Shown here: one piece after another, positions 52,008 through 64,000 of the stretch
How the letters are laid out: every line of letters starts with the position of its first letter
How positions within the stretch are numbered: position 1 is the first letter of the stretch
Assembly (NCBI GenBank): GCA_964035545.1
Contig: OZ037769.1
Coordinates: forward strand, 8,351,929 to 8,415,928
Reading direction: 5' to 3'
DNA from: Bugula neritina
Lineage: Eukaryota; Animalia; Bryozoa
Length of the DNA: 64,000 nucleotides
Position numbers and translations under genes: made by a program
Notes under the pieces: generated by a model
What the model saw: the letters and a program-made list of their open reading frames with translations, nothing else
Database searches by the model: none
What the model was told of the DNA's origin: nothing

Positions 52008-52891
52008 TGAATGAAATTCAAAAATTAATATGTTACGTTAGACGTTATGCATGACACAAAGAATAGAGAGTGGCAGTTATTGTAAATTATTGAAACTTAG
52101 GGAGATAATCTTATTTTATATATTACGCAGGTCAAAAATTATACTGATTTTTTTGCATAAAAAATAAATTAGAGTTGGCAAAAAATAAAATAGATATCCA
52201 AATATAAAAACAGCAAGAATTAGTGAAACTATGTGAGAGTTGAGTAGTGTGGAGCTATTGATATAGTTTTAGTGGTATGGAGTAATTTTGTTTATTGAGT
52301 TGCGGTTTTATTTGTTTAATGTAGAGAGCTTCGGCTACTTTTCGATGGTGGATTCCTTTAAATGAATGATTTAAAACTGTTACATTGTCTATTGATATGT
52401 TTCCATGATTAGTGGTAGAGATGTGTTGATAAATTTTGGAATTGATGTCATGGCAGTGTTCATGTATCCTGTGTAATAGGCGACGTCCGGTTTCGCCTAC
52501 ATATGTTTGTTGACAGGTAGCTTCAGGGCAGGTTATTTTGTAGACTAGGTTGTGAGTGTGTTCTTCATTGGTTTTATCTTTGAGATTAAAATATGAACTT
52601 AAGGGGGTTCCTTTAAATAAAATCCGGGCATTGAGTTCATTTGAAAAAGAGTCTGTAATTAATTTATTGAGGGAGCGGATTAGTTTTTCTCCTGTTACTC
52701 CTTTATAAGGCAGCTGGAGTAAAATGTGTTTCCTGTTGTCTTTTTCACTGAGTAGTCCGTCACCAATGTTGGTAATAGTTTTCTCTATTACATATTTAGG
52801 GTAACCATTTTTATGTTCAAAAACATTTCAAATATAGTTTAGTTCTTGGGTCTTAAGTGCTGGAGTAGAACAGATTTTATTAGCCCTTAAA

Positions 52892-54027
52892 TGATATTTA
52901 TGAGAAACAACGAATCCAAACAACTATACCAAAGAAGAAAATGATAAACTTACTCAACCTTTGTACAAAACAAGTTCACTTTACTTTCAACGACATCATT
53001 TATACACAGACGGATGGTGTTGCTATGGGATCTCCTCTAGGACCAATAATTGCGAATATATTCATGACAAAACTAGAACAGAAAGTAATACCAAAATTGA
53101 ATTCAATGTCACCTTGGGTGAGATACATAGATGACACATTTGCAACAATAGACCCTGATTATATTAACACAACACTCAACACACTTATTAATTTTCATCC
53201 TAACATAAAATTTACTCACAAACTAGAAACCAATAAATCACCTTCTTTTCTAAATGTTACAGTTTTGCGACACAATAGCTCAGTGGAAACCACAGTATTC
53301 CGCAAACCAACACATAACGATACATATTTACATTGGAACTCTTTCTCACTAAAAGCGTGAAAGCTAAGCACACTCAAGTCACTAGTATTAAGGGCTAATA
53401 AAATCTGTTCTACTCCAGCACTTAAGACCCATGCAAGAACTAAACTATATTCGAAATGTTTTTGAACATAAAAATGGTTACCCTAAATATGTAATAGAGA
53501 AAACTATTACCAACATTGGTGACGGACTACTCAGTGAAAAAGACAACAGGAAACACATTTTACTCCAGCTGCCTTATAAAGGAGTAACAGGAGAAAAACT
53601 AATCCGCTCCCTCAATAAATTATTTACAGACTCTTTTTCAAATGAACTCAATGCCCGGATTTTATTTAAAGGAACCCCTTTAAGTTCATATTTTAATCTC
53701 AAAGATAAAACCAATAAAGAACACACTCACAACCTAGTCTACAAAATAACCTGCCCTGAAGCTACCTGTCAACAAACATATGTAGGCGAAACCGGACGTC
53801 GCCTATTACACAGGATACATGAACACTGCCATGACATCAATTCCAAAATTTATCAACACATCTCTACCACTAATCATGGAAACATATCAATAGACAATGT
53901 AACAGTTTTAAATCATTCATTTAAAGGAATCCACTATCGAAAAGTAGCCGAAGCTCTCTACATTAAACAAATAAAACCGCAACTCAATAAACAAAATTAC
54001 TCCATACCACTAAAACTATATCAATAG
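52892..54027 (+). pseudogene. Poseidon-type RT + GIY-YIG, 5'-truncated, with one stop and one frameshift
   Basis: ORFs 52941-53360 and 53431-54027; TGA at 53358-53360; 4-bp ATGC insertion near 53431 that is absent from the inverted arm. Confidence 0.88.
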
Positions 54028-54274
54028 CTCCACACTACTCAACTCTCACATAGTTTCACTAATTCTTGCTGTTTTTATATTTGGATATCTATTTTATTTT
54101 TTTTGCTAACTCTAATTTATTTTTTATGCAAAAAAATCAGTATGATTTTTGACCTGCGTAATATATAAAATAAGATTATCTCCCAGTTTCAATAATTTAC
54201 AATAACTGCCACTCTCTATTCTTTGTGTCATGCATTACGTCTAACGTAACATATTAATTTTTGAATTTCATTCA

Positions 54275-54321
54275 TTGCTACTCTGAAGATGGGTACAGTG
54301 GTACCTGAAATATCAGTGTAA
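54275..54321 (+). ncRNA. Minimal hammerhead ribozyme (CUGAAGA variant)
   Basis: ACU-CUGAAGAU-GGGUAC agug GUACCU-GAAAUAUC-AGU. Confidence 0.7.
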
Positions 54322-54373
54322 TTACTTTACCTAATAAAGTAATAAATAACAATGTTTCTCGTATACCTATTTA

Positions 54374-54587
<214 letters not shown>

Positions 54588-54599
54588 AATAAACTATAT

Positions 54600-54964
54600 G
54601 GGTCATTCTACTTAATTTAGTACACACTTGAAATTTTCAATTTTTTTAGCTATAAATTGTTTCCAATTTAGATGCCAATGTATATGGGTTTTTGTCCGAA
54701 ACTAATAGCATATCATTAATAAATACAACTAAATAATCAATGTTATTTTTAATTTTTCCTAATTGATTAGCTAATTTAAATTTGTGCGCTCTCACAGCTT
54801 TTTGTGATGGTCGCACATATATAATATTTAGTACATATGACAATCTTGTGCACTTCAAATGTTGCACATAAAAATTTCACGAATAGCAAATTTCAATGGA
54901 TTTTGAGCAAACTTTAATATTAGGTCATAATTTTCTGATGTGTATTAAATGAAGTAAAACACCC
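54600..54964. mobile_element. Diverged, inverted relative of the 43698-44106 MITE
   Basis: GGGTCATTCTACTTAATTTAGTACACAC ... GTGTATTAAATGAAGTAAAACACCC; shared internal blocks; TSD not evident. Confidence 0.7.
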
Positions 54965-56475
54965 GCAAAGTATCTACTCACCATATGAAGATTTTTAACT
55001 ATTTTTTCCCTGTGTAAAGCTTATTTTATTATATTCAAACCAGTGATATAGATTAGAGTAATATTGGAAAATATTAATTGTCATATTAGAACAAAACAAA
55101 ATGAATGAAATCAATTAAAATACTGGCTCTAAAATTTAACTAGACTGATAACACTGAAAATTTCATTTGTAATTATGTCATGAAAGCATAACTCCAAAAG
55201 GTGAATAAACAAAAATATGAAGAGCTGCTTCCTAAACTTACCAGTATCAATTATTAGATACATTTGTTAAAATCTTTAAATTAATGACATTAACAAAAAA
55301 CTTATATCAATCAACTACATGAAATAAGGATGAGTAAGAATTATAAGTAATTGCTGTGGTTGCATGGTATAATTTGTGCTATTATTGAACAGTTGATTGT
55401 TTACAGTAGTTTTTGTGGAGAGTTGTCATGGCATCTTTGGTGTTATCAGACTGAAGAAATGCACCATTTTTTCTCATTCATGTCAAACCTGTACTCATCG
55501 AAATTGTTCATTTGTATACAAAAGTTTATTTTTTTTCTATCTATATTTTAGTAATGCATGTTGGCTACCTCTTATTTTAACCAATCAGGGTAAAGCTTTT
55601 AGTTAGCTCATGTGCTCATTTCAATGTCAAACACAATCTTTAACTTTGTAACTTGAATTCATTGCATTCAAAAAAAAGGAAATCAAATCGATATAATTTG
55701 TACCAATACCATAATTAAATTACAACATTATTCTTCTGTTGAAATACTAAAAACTCTGAGATAGCAGGATACATATGAGAAAAAAAAGTTTATTTTCTTT
55801 CTTTTTATTTTGTATAAGGTTTGCTTTGTGCTGGGTAAAACCTTATTATTTTCTATATGGCAATTTTTTTAAGGAATGTTCTACCTACTGTAGTATAGCC
55901 TGTATATATCGATGTGTATGTGTGTTTGTACTTGCGTGAAATTTTCATCATATACATAGAACATATATTATTAGTTTTGTTTTAAATAACGATAATTTAA
56001 ACTTGAATAAAAGAAATTTTTTTTTGATGTGGCTATAAATATAAACTGTTGTGCAAAAATAATTTTATAGTTTGGTTTGCAAATAAAAATGTAAGAAGAC
56101 CAAAACAAAGTGACTATATATCATCAATTGAAAGTATAAGCATGTTTGAAGTAAAAATTAAAAATTAAAATGCCTGCACTAAACAATACTACAACATGTG
56201 AAAATTAGATCCGCCTAAACCATTTAGCATACTGTGATGTGTGAACGTTATTCTTATAAAATATAATTGATCAATAGCATGTATAGTACATCTATGTCAT
56301 TGAAATTGACTTAAATTGTTTTTTCTTTTATTCTATCATTTTTTGCTAACCATTTAGAATACCAATGAGTGCTTCACCAATATAACGTTTGCAATATATT
56401 ATAGGTGTATGTCTATTGTTTAGATATACTAGCTTTCACCTTTCACTACTATGCCCTGATTATGTGGTGAGTAAG

Positions 56476-56478
<3 letters not shown>

Positions 56479-56560
<82 letters not shown>
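56479..56560. repeat. (TA)n microsatellite (another at 57531-57566)
   Basis: Pure TA run. Confidence 0.95.
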
Positions 56561-56561
<1 letters not shown>

Positions 56562-56736
56562 GCATGATTTTGCCTACATGCAGCCTATAAAAATACAGAA
56601 GAATGAAACATGTACGTATAAATGATATATTTTTTCAATATTATACTGCACGAGGGGTGATTCTATTATAACATATTCAAACAATCAATAAATATTAAAA
56701 CTACGACAGCAAATAAAAATCAATATTTGAGTTGCA

Positions 56737-56818
56737 GTTTCTTGTTGAAGGTGCTTGTAGTTGGTCTACACACATAAACCAGCTTTTGTGTAATTCCTTA
56801 TGTTCTGCTTCCACTCAG
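56737..56818 (+). other. Putative non-coding 5'-UTR exon of paralog C (homologs at ~4889-4968 and ~48785-48867 on - strand)
   Basis: CAG|TTTCTTG-TGAAGGTGCTTG-AGTTGGTCTACACACAT ... CAG|GTATTTCACTATG is conserved in all three paralogs amid diverged flanks; the ATG-bearing exon begins at an acceptor. Confidence 0.55.
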
Positions 56819-57528
56819 GTATTTCACTATGAAATTATTATCTATAAAGTGCTTTTAAAACTGTTTGTTTAAGTTTTGTTATTATTCAATATTGTGTTAA
56901 ATATTAACTTATTTATAATTGGTTTGTGTATTATTTATTTATTACAGAAATACACAACAGACGCAATAAACCAATTATTTCTTCACATTCCTGGTCATAT
57001 AGAAAGTTTAAAGTAAAATGTTTATTTCCTTTTTATATCTTGCATTCTTTTTATTACATATCCATAAAAGTTAAAAGGCTTTTCAATGAAGATTTAATTT
57101 TTTTTGTATTATGCAATCAAATATTGAGTAGACCACAATGCAGAGAAATACTTTAAAGTAAATTAGAAAAGTTTGAGTATAATGTTACATTATCATAAGA
57201 GTTCAAACCTGGACACTGCAATAACCATTCAGTTTATATATAATGCTAACTATATAGTTTAAAATATGATTACACATGCAACATAATTTTTTATGATGTG
57301 AATATCACAATGCAACAAACTATATTATTTTCCTATCGTACTTTCATATTCCAAAACAAATACTATTTAAAGAACTTTCAATCAATAAATCAAGCATAAC
57401 CAAATGAATGAAGTTATGCCCAAGCGCATACTAGATGTTTTTACAAATATTCCTCAAAACAAAATTGAGTTGCATTAAAATTCATAAAAATTTGTTAGAA
57501 TGTTTATGAAATGTGATCAAACTATTAT

Positions 57529-57574
<46 letters not shown>

Positions 57575-57653
57575 TTGTGCAAACAATTGTAGATTTAAAA
57601 TATGTAAACTTTGCCATGTCAAAAACATATCTTAAAATCTTGCTAATTTTAGG

Positions 57654-60600
57654 ATGAAGCTAAGAAGAGTGACGCTGCACATCATATGGCTGTGTTCATC
57701 ATTCCAGTTAGCTATGTCAGGTATTTTAGGTAAGTGCGTTTCCTCCATTATAAATAACCTTTAAGGTTATATAAGAGGTGAAAGCAGTTTTCTTTCAGCT
57801 ATAAAATTTAAGTTTTGTTTTAATGTAAGTAGAGATTCAATTCTCAGCAAGAAATGTTAGATTTATGTATTTGTATTGTATCATTCAGACTACAGAGCTC
57901 ATTTAATTAAATATTTTACTTACTTCCCAGCATGAGATTAGATGCATTGAGCGATGAATCAACATAACTCTTTCTCATACCAACAGATTCTGTAGTTGCT
58001 GTTAAAAATAGTATATCATTAAATATTGTGTGGCAACTTATTGTATAACTATTCCACGGAGGCCTTTCATATAAGTTGATTGTATATACTGGAATAACAT
58101 ACTTTCTAAAACTAACGAAAAGTTATAAACTGAAACGTTATAATTAGCAATGCAACCACCATGTGCTACATATTTTGTAGATTTACCAGACTGTGGAAAC
58201 TCTGTCAGTGTATCAAAAGACCAGTACTTCAACCCTAAGAGCTCTCTTATAACTAGAAAATCATCAACCAGAAGTCTTACAGAGTGTTTAGTCAACTGCT
58301 GGAGAAATTTTCCTTTGCAATGTAATGCTATTTTTAGAAGCAATGCAGGTAAGCGATAGCAGTTGTAATGCATTGTTTGGTATTCAGAAGATACATATAT
58401 CTTGGTGACAGGATTTTCTGTATAATACAAGTAAAGTGATTTTGTGATAAATATAAGCTGATACAATTTAAAATATTCCTCTCAACAGCCATTTAATTAT
58501 TATAGAATCCTTGGCAATACAATACTAAAATTTCACACTACACATGATAGCTTGTTGAATTTGTCTTTAAGCCAAATTGTATATTTCTAATTGTTGCATT
58601 ACACAAAGGTTTAAACTTTTGAACAAACCAAAAGCGCACCTTTGCTGTCTTTATATTTGCAGAAAAAATTTGTGGTAATAGGTACCTAAATATGATGCTT
58701 AATGGCTCATTATTTTCATGACAAAATTTTTTGTAACTACTTTTTTGCATTAATACTTACATACATTACTAAACAATGTTGCCTAATGTCTAGGGTGGCA
58801 CTCAACAGCAATTTTGTTTTTATATTATGAAACAATGGACAAATATTTAATCTATAATCAATAGCTACATAATAATGTAATTATTGCAATGCATGCAAGC
58901 CTCTAAAATTATGCAACATGGAGTACAATGTTGCGTGTACATTGCAATTATGAGTCTGTGAAAATTATGAGTAGTCGTGATTTAAACAATAATACATTAT
59001 GCTCTACCACTTGTCAATATTGCAATCACTTACAACGAAATTTGTAATCACCAAAATTTTTTGACAGTCAGTGAGTTATTTTTCATCCTGCAATGTTGCA
59101 AAAGTATATTGCCACTGGCAATAGTAATGTCTGAAATTTTGTCACTATAATCATAATATATATATTCATGACCCTTAGATCAACACAAAATCTTAGTAAT
59201 ATATAGAATATAAGTTAATCTTATATGGCTGCCATGCAGAAGCCTATTCTGAAATAATATGTGAGCCATCAAAGGAGTTAGATAATGCGAGTAGAAATGG
59301 TATACAGTTGGTGACCAATATGATGCAATACTATCTGTTATCTTTTTATAATTGATTTTGATAACTAAACTGTAGCTGAACATTTTATACTAATTTTTCA
59401 CTAATAAAATGACTGGGATTAAAAGTTCCAAACACAAGCAATTATTTATACATAACAAACTAATTGAATAATCAAACTGCAGTTGTCAACGTTCCAACAA
59501 AGTCTTTTAAAATAAATCTTTGATGTGTGAATAAGCAATAGTTATATAAATATTTGTTCAACTAAGCACAAATTCAAATTTAAACCACTCAGGAAATCCC
59601 ACAATTTCCTGCTTCTAACGTCATCGTCATCAGATAGTTCTAAATGCAGCTTTTTGTATGTCTGAGCAATCAATACAATTAATTAACATTTGAATGTAAG
59701 CTTTAAAGGCAAACATGCACCAACATAATTATAATGATGAAAAGAAAACTTTTAGATTTTCAAGTATTCAAGATAATATGACTTTGAACACATGACTTTG
59801 ATTTCTTTCCTGTAAGTGTGTCAGCATTATAAAATCAATAACAATGTATTAATTGGTTTTTATAATGGAGTTTCATGAAAAGACTTTGATGTTTGGTCCT
59901 AATTGGTAAAGTATAGAATTTTGTAACATATCAACTGATGAAAGAGATTAAAAACACAGTTCATCAACCTTTTAAACAGCAGCAAAAAATTAAACAGCAA
60001 AAGAGATTAAAACACAGAATTCATCAGGTTTTCAAATAGCTGCAAAAAATGAGAAAGCCTAACTCATATTTTTTTAAATATATTTGATGGTGTTTGACAA
60101 TCCATGCTAAACCATCAAGGGGCACATTTTGTTACCAGAGTAATAATATGTATGTCTTTTATACTGAAAGATAATATACTGTACATACTGTGCATGCAAT
60201 TTCTGTAGCATGCATCAACCATATTATTTGCTTATTTGTTATTTTGTTGTTAACCAAAATAAGCGTTATTATATTTTTTCAATAACCAACATGTTACCTT
60301 GAGTTTGTATTTAGCTGATATATATGCATTATTATTTTAATATAAGTAATATAAATGTAGAATGTGTCAGTGATTATTTAAATAAAAATACTTGGGCGTG
60401 TAATGTATTATTTACAGACTGAGACAATGTGGTTTTATTGTCAAACAAAATAGTTTAGTAAAATATGTAGCTCTTAATTAACATAAAATTCTTAGTTTAG
60501 ATTATAGAGAGAAATGTAGTATATAAATGAATACAATGAAAATTTGGATGCATGACATGTTTTTTAAACCTTTATTCTTTTCTAGCCCCATGCAACTAGG

Positions 60601-63600
60601 TTATCCATGTATATTTATGATATATTTAAAATAACTTTGGGGTATTTTCATATCTTTTATGACTCATCACAGCTGTTTTAGGAATGTGTTATGAATTAAA
60701 TGGTGCCACTTCCACTTTGAATTTATCTTCTAAAAATGACTTGGTTCACGGATATTTTATGGAGCTGATGACTACAGGAGAGGTGAGAAGTAACATTTTC
60801 ATCAAATATTTTATAGGTGGAGATGGCTGTCAACTTGTTCAATAGATTGTGTTTGCTTTATGAGGATCATTTGGCAGTTTTTCTCATTTAGTCACAGAAA
60901 AAAACTGCTGCCGGTAATACATTGAAAATATAATAATTGACTGCAAACAACATTTTAAAAAAACTTCAGCTTGCCGACTTATACGGTATTTTATACAATA
61001 ATTAGAATTAAGCAAACACAAAAATAAACATAAAAAACTATTCTATATAGGTTTATTATGTTATCCGCTTTGTATGATTTATAAAGACTTTATATGTCAA
61101 AAATTTAGCACATCATGTAAACTAGCCAATATCAGACCATTGTTAACACAGATACAACTTGTTGTGACTAAATCTTATAATTATTTAGATTTATTAAATG
61201 TAAAGTCTCTCGTTAGTACTTTACTATAAGTAGGTTTACTTATTTGATATATGCTTGCCAGTTGCCAATTGTAATTATTACATGTACCTACATGTATGCT
61301 TTAAAGCTATCAAGCTGCAATGGTAGAAACTGTTCAACTTCAGAAATCTGTATGGCTGGATGTGGAGATACTGTCTTAGAAAACCCCATCTGCACGGGTA
61401 AATAATGTATAGTGTTTCATCAATACAAAATCGCAAAAGGCATATAAAATTATTGTATTGTAACAAAGCATAGACACACACTCTAATTAGCTCACACTTT
61501 GTTTTATGAAGTAGAAACATGTTCACCTCAGTTATAATTATAACCTTCTAACATCTCACTATTTCTACAATGCTAAAAGTTACGTGATTAAATATTTATG
61601 TAACATTTCATAGCAGTCAGTTTAAGTATACATAACATCAAAGGGGCATTAAAAAAACAAATACATTATAGTTATATTACAGCACCAATTTTTACTAGTA
61701 GTAGGTTATAGCAATAAATTGATCAAATTTAGTTTGTTCTGTTTCCCTGGTTATATGATAAACCAAAATTTACCTGATAAAATAATTTCAATTCTGAACT
61801 TTGAATAATTTTACAGCAGGTGAGGAATCAGCTGAATGTGGGTTGAGAAATGAACACACAAACATCAGACATTATTGGTCTACAGCTCTGCAAGATGGAA
61901 CAGATATAGGTGTTGTAATGGTCAGATGTACAAATTTAAAATATTATAGCAAAAGCTTACAATGAGCAATTGTATTGGGTTTTATTTGTAATGTTGTTGA
62001 AAATTACTAAGTAAGTTATAGTTTTACAAAATAACTAAAAACCCACAGAGTGAAAGCACTTGTATTAATATATATGTCATTATTTGTGAAGAATTAAGTT
62101 TTTGTTGACTTAAGATTTAAGGAGCAGCAAATCAGATTATGTTAATAATATTTTCAGATAGCTACTTACCCAAAGTTTAGGTCAGACTCCGGACTCAGAG
62201 TCATTATCCACATGGCGGTCAGAGGACATCATAATATAGCTGACTTTTGTCACCACTGGTACTTGACATTTGATGGTAACAAGTGCGCTAACCCAGACAC
62301 TATTGAGGTGTTAGATTACAGTGCTACTACAGGAGATTTACATCGAGCAATAGATAGTAGGATTAGTATAACAATACTCTTTTAAATAATAATTGTCTTT
62401 TCAAAAACAACTCAGTAGAATACATGTGCGTGCATGGATCAAACTTTTGTTACCTAATGTTATAACAAGATGTTGTTTTCAACATGTTTATTGCTCATTT
62501 TTATCAATAAGATATTAGATACCCACAAAAGGCTATTTAATAAATTCAAATCCGTTATGCTTTGTAAGAGCAGACACTAACTTGAATAATTGATGTTGAT
62601 TTTTATAAATTTTTTATGTTAATGTTAGTGCCACCAAAACTTATTAATATTTAGTTGATGGTACATGCTATGGACTGGAGGCTGGTGACAGAGTAGTAGA
62701 GTTAGTAGTCGGCCCATGTGATGGTTATGGATCCAGTAATGCTCGCTCTGGATGGAACTCTGCGAGAACGATGTTGATTATGGAGATGGTGCCGCCACAA
62801 GTAACACTAAGTATGCAGCAGCTTCTCAGCCATATTCACTTATTTATGATGAGTTTTGAGGATGAAGTAAACACAGAAAATATAAAGCTATGCAGATTAA
62901 AAAAAATTTTGTGACAGATCTAATCAAGCTTTATAAGGTGTTTCGATAATTGGGTGTGTGAAAGATTTTTTTACTGGTTGTCAGCGTTGCTGTTTTTAAA
63001 AACGATATACAATAAATTCATAACTTATCTTCAAAAAAATTAAAATTCCTCATATTTAAACTGTGAAATTATCATACAATTGTAAGTAACAACTACAAAT
63101 CAAGTTTAAGATGTTATCACAAATATAATGAGTTTGAGCTTCATCATTATCACCATCGGGTTGCGTTCGTACGTACTTCTTAGTCCTATTTATTAGTAAC
63201 TATTCAGTGTATATCATACAGTTAGTGTGCTAAAATAACCTTGCGTGCGGCAAATGTCTTAAAAACAAATACATTTTATAAAGGTATTGATCTCACACAG
63301 TAGATTAATTCTCCATAAATTTATAGTTTTACAGGCCCTACTCTAATAAATTCTAAAAATATATATTATGCGAGTACATTCAAAGTTAGTTTGTTCACTT
63401 ATATGGTAAGCGAATTTCCAACAATATACTAGCTGCCATAGTAGTTTTAATATAAATATATGTCAACTGGTTGTATCTATTAGGCTACTTTGGTTAAAAT
63501 CAAAATTTATAGATCATTATCTTTTACCAACCTGCTTTAGAAGAAAACCTTCTTTCCTGCCCTCTCCTCAATGGGTTCAACTACAAGTATGAGACGTGGA

Positions 63601-63653
63601 ATGAAGAAGTTGATCAGACGGTTGATCTTCATGCTGACGAAATCCTCATTAAG
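57654..63653 (+). CDS. Paralog C (partial, continues past right edge): secreted PAN/apple + Cys-rich + CTHRC1-C-terminal-domain protein
   Basis: Exons: 57654-57729 (MKLRRVTLHIIWLCSSFQLAMSGIL), 58181-58348, 60682-60782, 61307-61397, 61820-61920, 62158-62356, 62655-62810 (DGTCYGLEAGDRVVELVVGPCDGYGSSNARSGWNS), 63541-63653. All open, GT-AG, same phases and near-identical sizes to the matching A/B exons. Confidence 0.87.
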
Positions 63654-64000
63654 GTATTATATGATCTACATATACCTGAATGAAACTGGATTCACTAAAG
63701 CTAATGTGCCAAAAGAAAATATGAGCTATATCTAAGTCATACTACTTGTACAGTTTTGGCGCCTAAGTTAACCTTAATATAGCAAATATTAAATTATAAT
63801 TACTATAAACAAAGGGTCAAAATGACCTATGATTTTATGATTCCCAACAACATTTTGTGTTTTCTGTTGTAGCAGCATGCTGATCAAGGAATCTTAGCCA
63901 AATTATTTTTATGAATCACAAATTGTTTATGAGCTTTTAAAAACCAAAGATTTCATTTCAAAAAGATAAGCCTTATTATTAAAATTACCTTGACTAAAAG

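Overview
AT-rich, intron-rich eukaryotic (metazoan invertebrate-like) DNA. I found no CRISPR array, rRNA or intact tRNA. The supplied ORF track largely misses the host genes; most of its ORFs are antisense shadows or repeats. Manual GT-AG exon walking recovers three paralogous multi-exon genes. Copy A is on the - strand and runs off the left edge. Copy B is on the - strand with 14 coding exons (45833->29259) and a 2-bp frameshift. Copy C is on the + strand and runs off the right edge. The full model (B) is a secreted protein of about 620 aa: signal peptide, PAN/apple-like domain, small Cys-rich (FOLN/EGF-like) module, then three tandem CTHRC1-type C-terminal domains, with no collagen helix. 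The rest of the window is transposable elements, many delimited by TSDs and some confirmed by empty sites in the A/B segmental duplication. These include a nested stack (tRNA-bearing solo LTR > RT-less Ty3/gypsy with a -1 frameshift signal and an extra Zn-finger ORF > CAC-terminal DNA element), a truncated copia with a coding 96-bp repeat, an IS3EU-like long-TIR element and several MITEs. Penelope-like elements and a 280-bp retrozyme-like element sit in (TA)n tracts and carry three different hammerhead ribozymes. All domain and family calls are by-eye motif recognition, not database searches.
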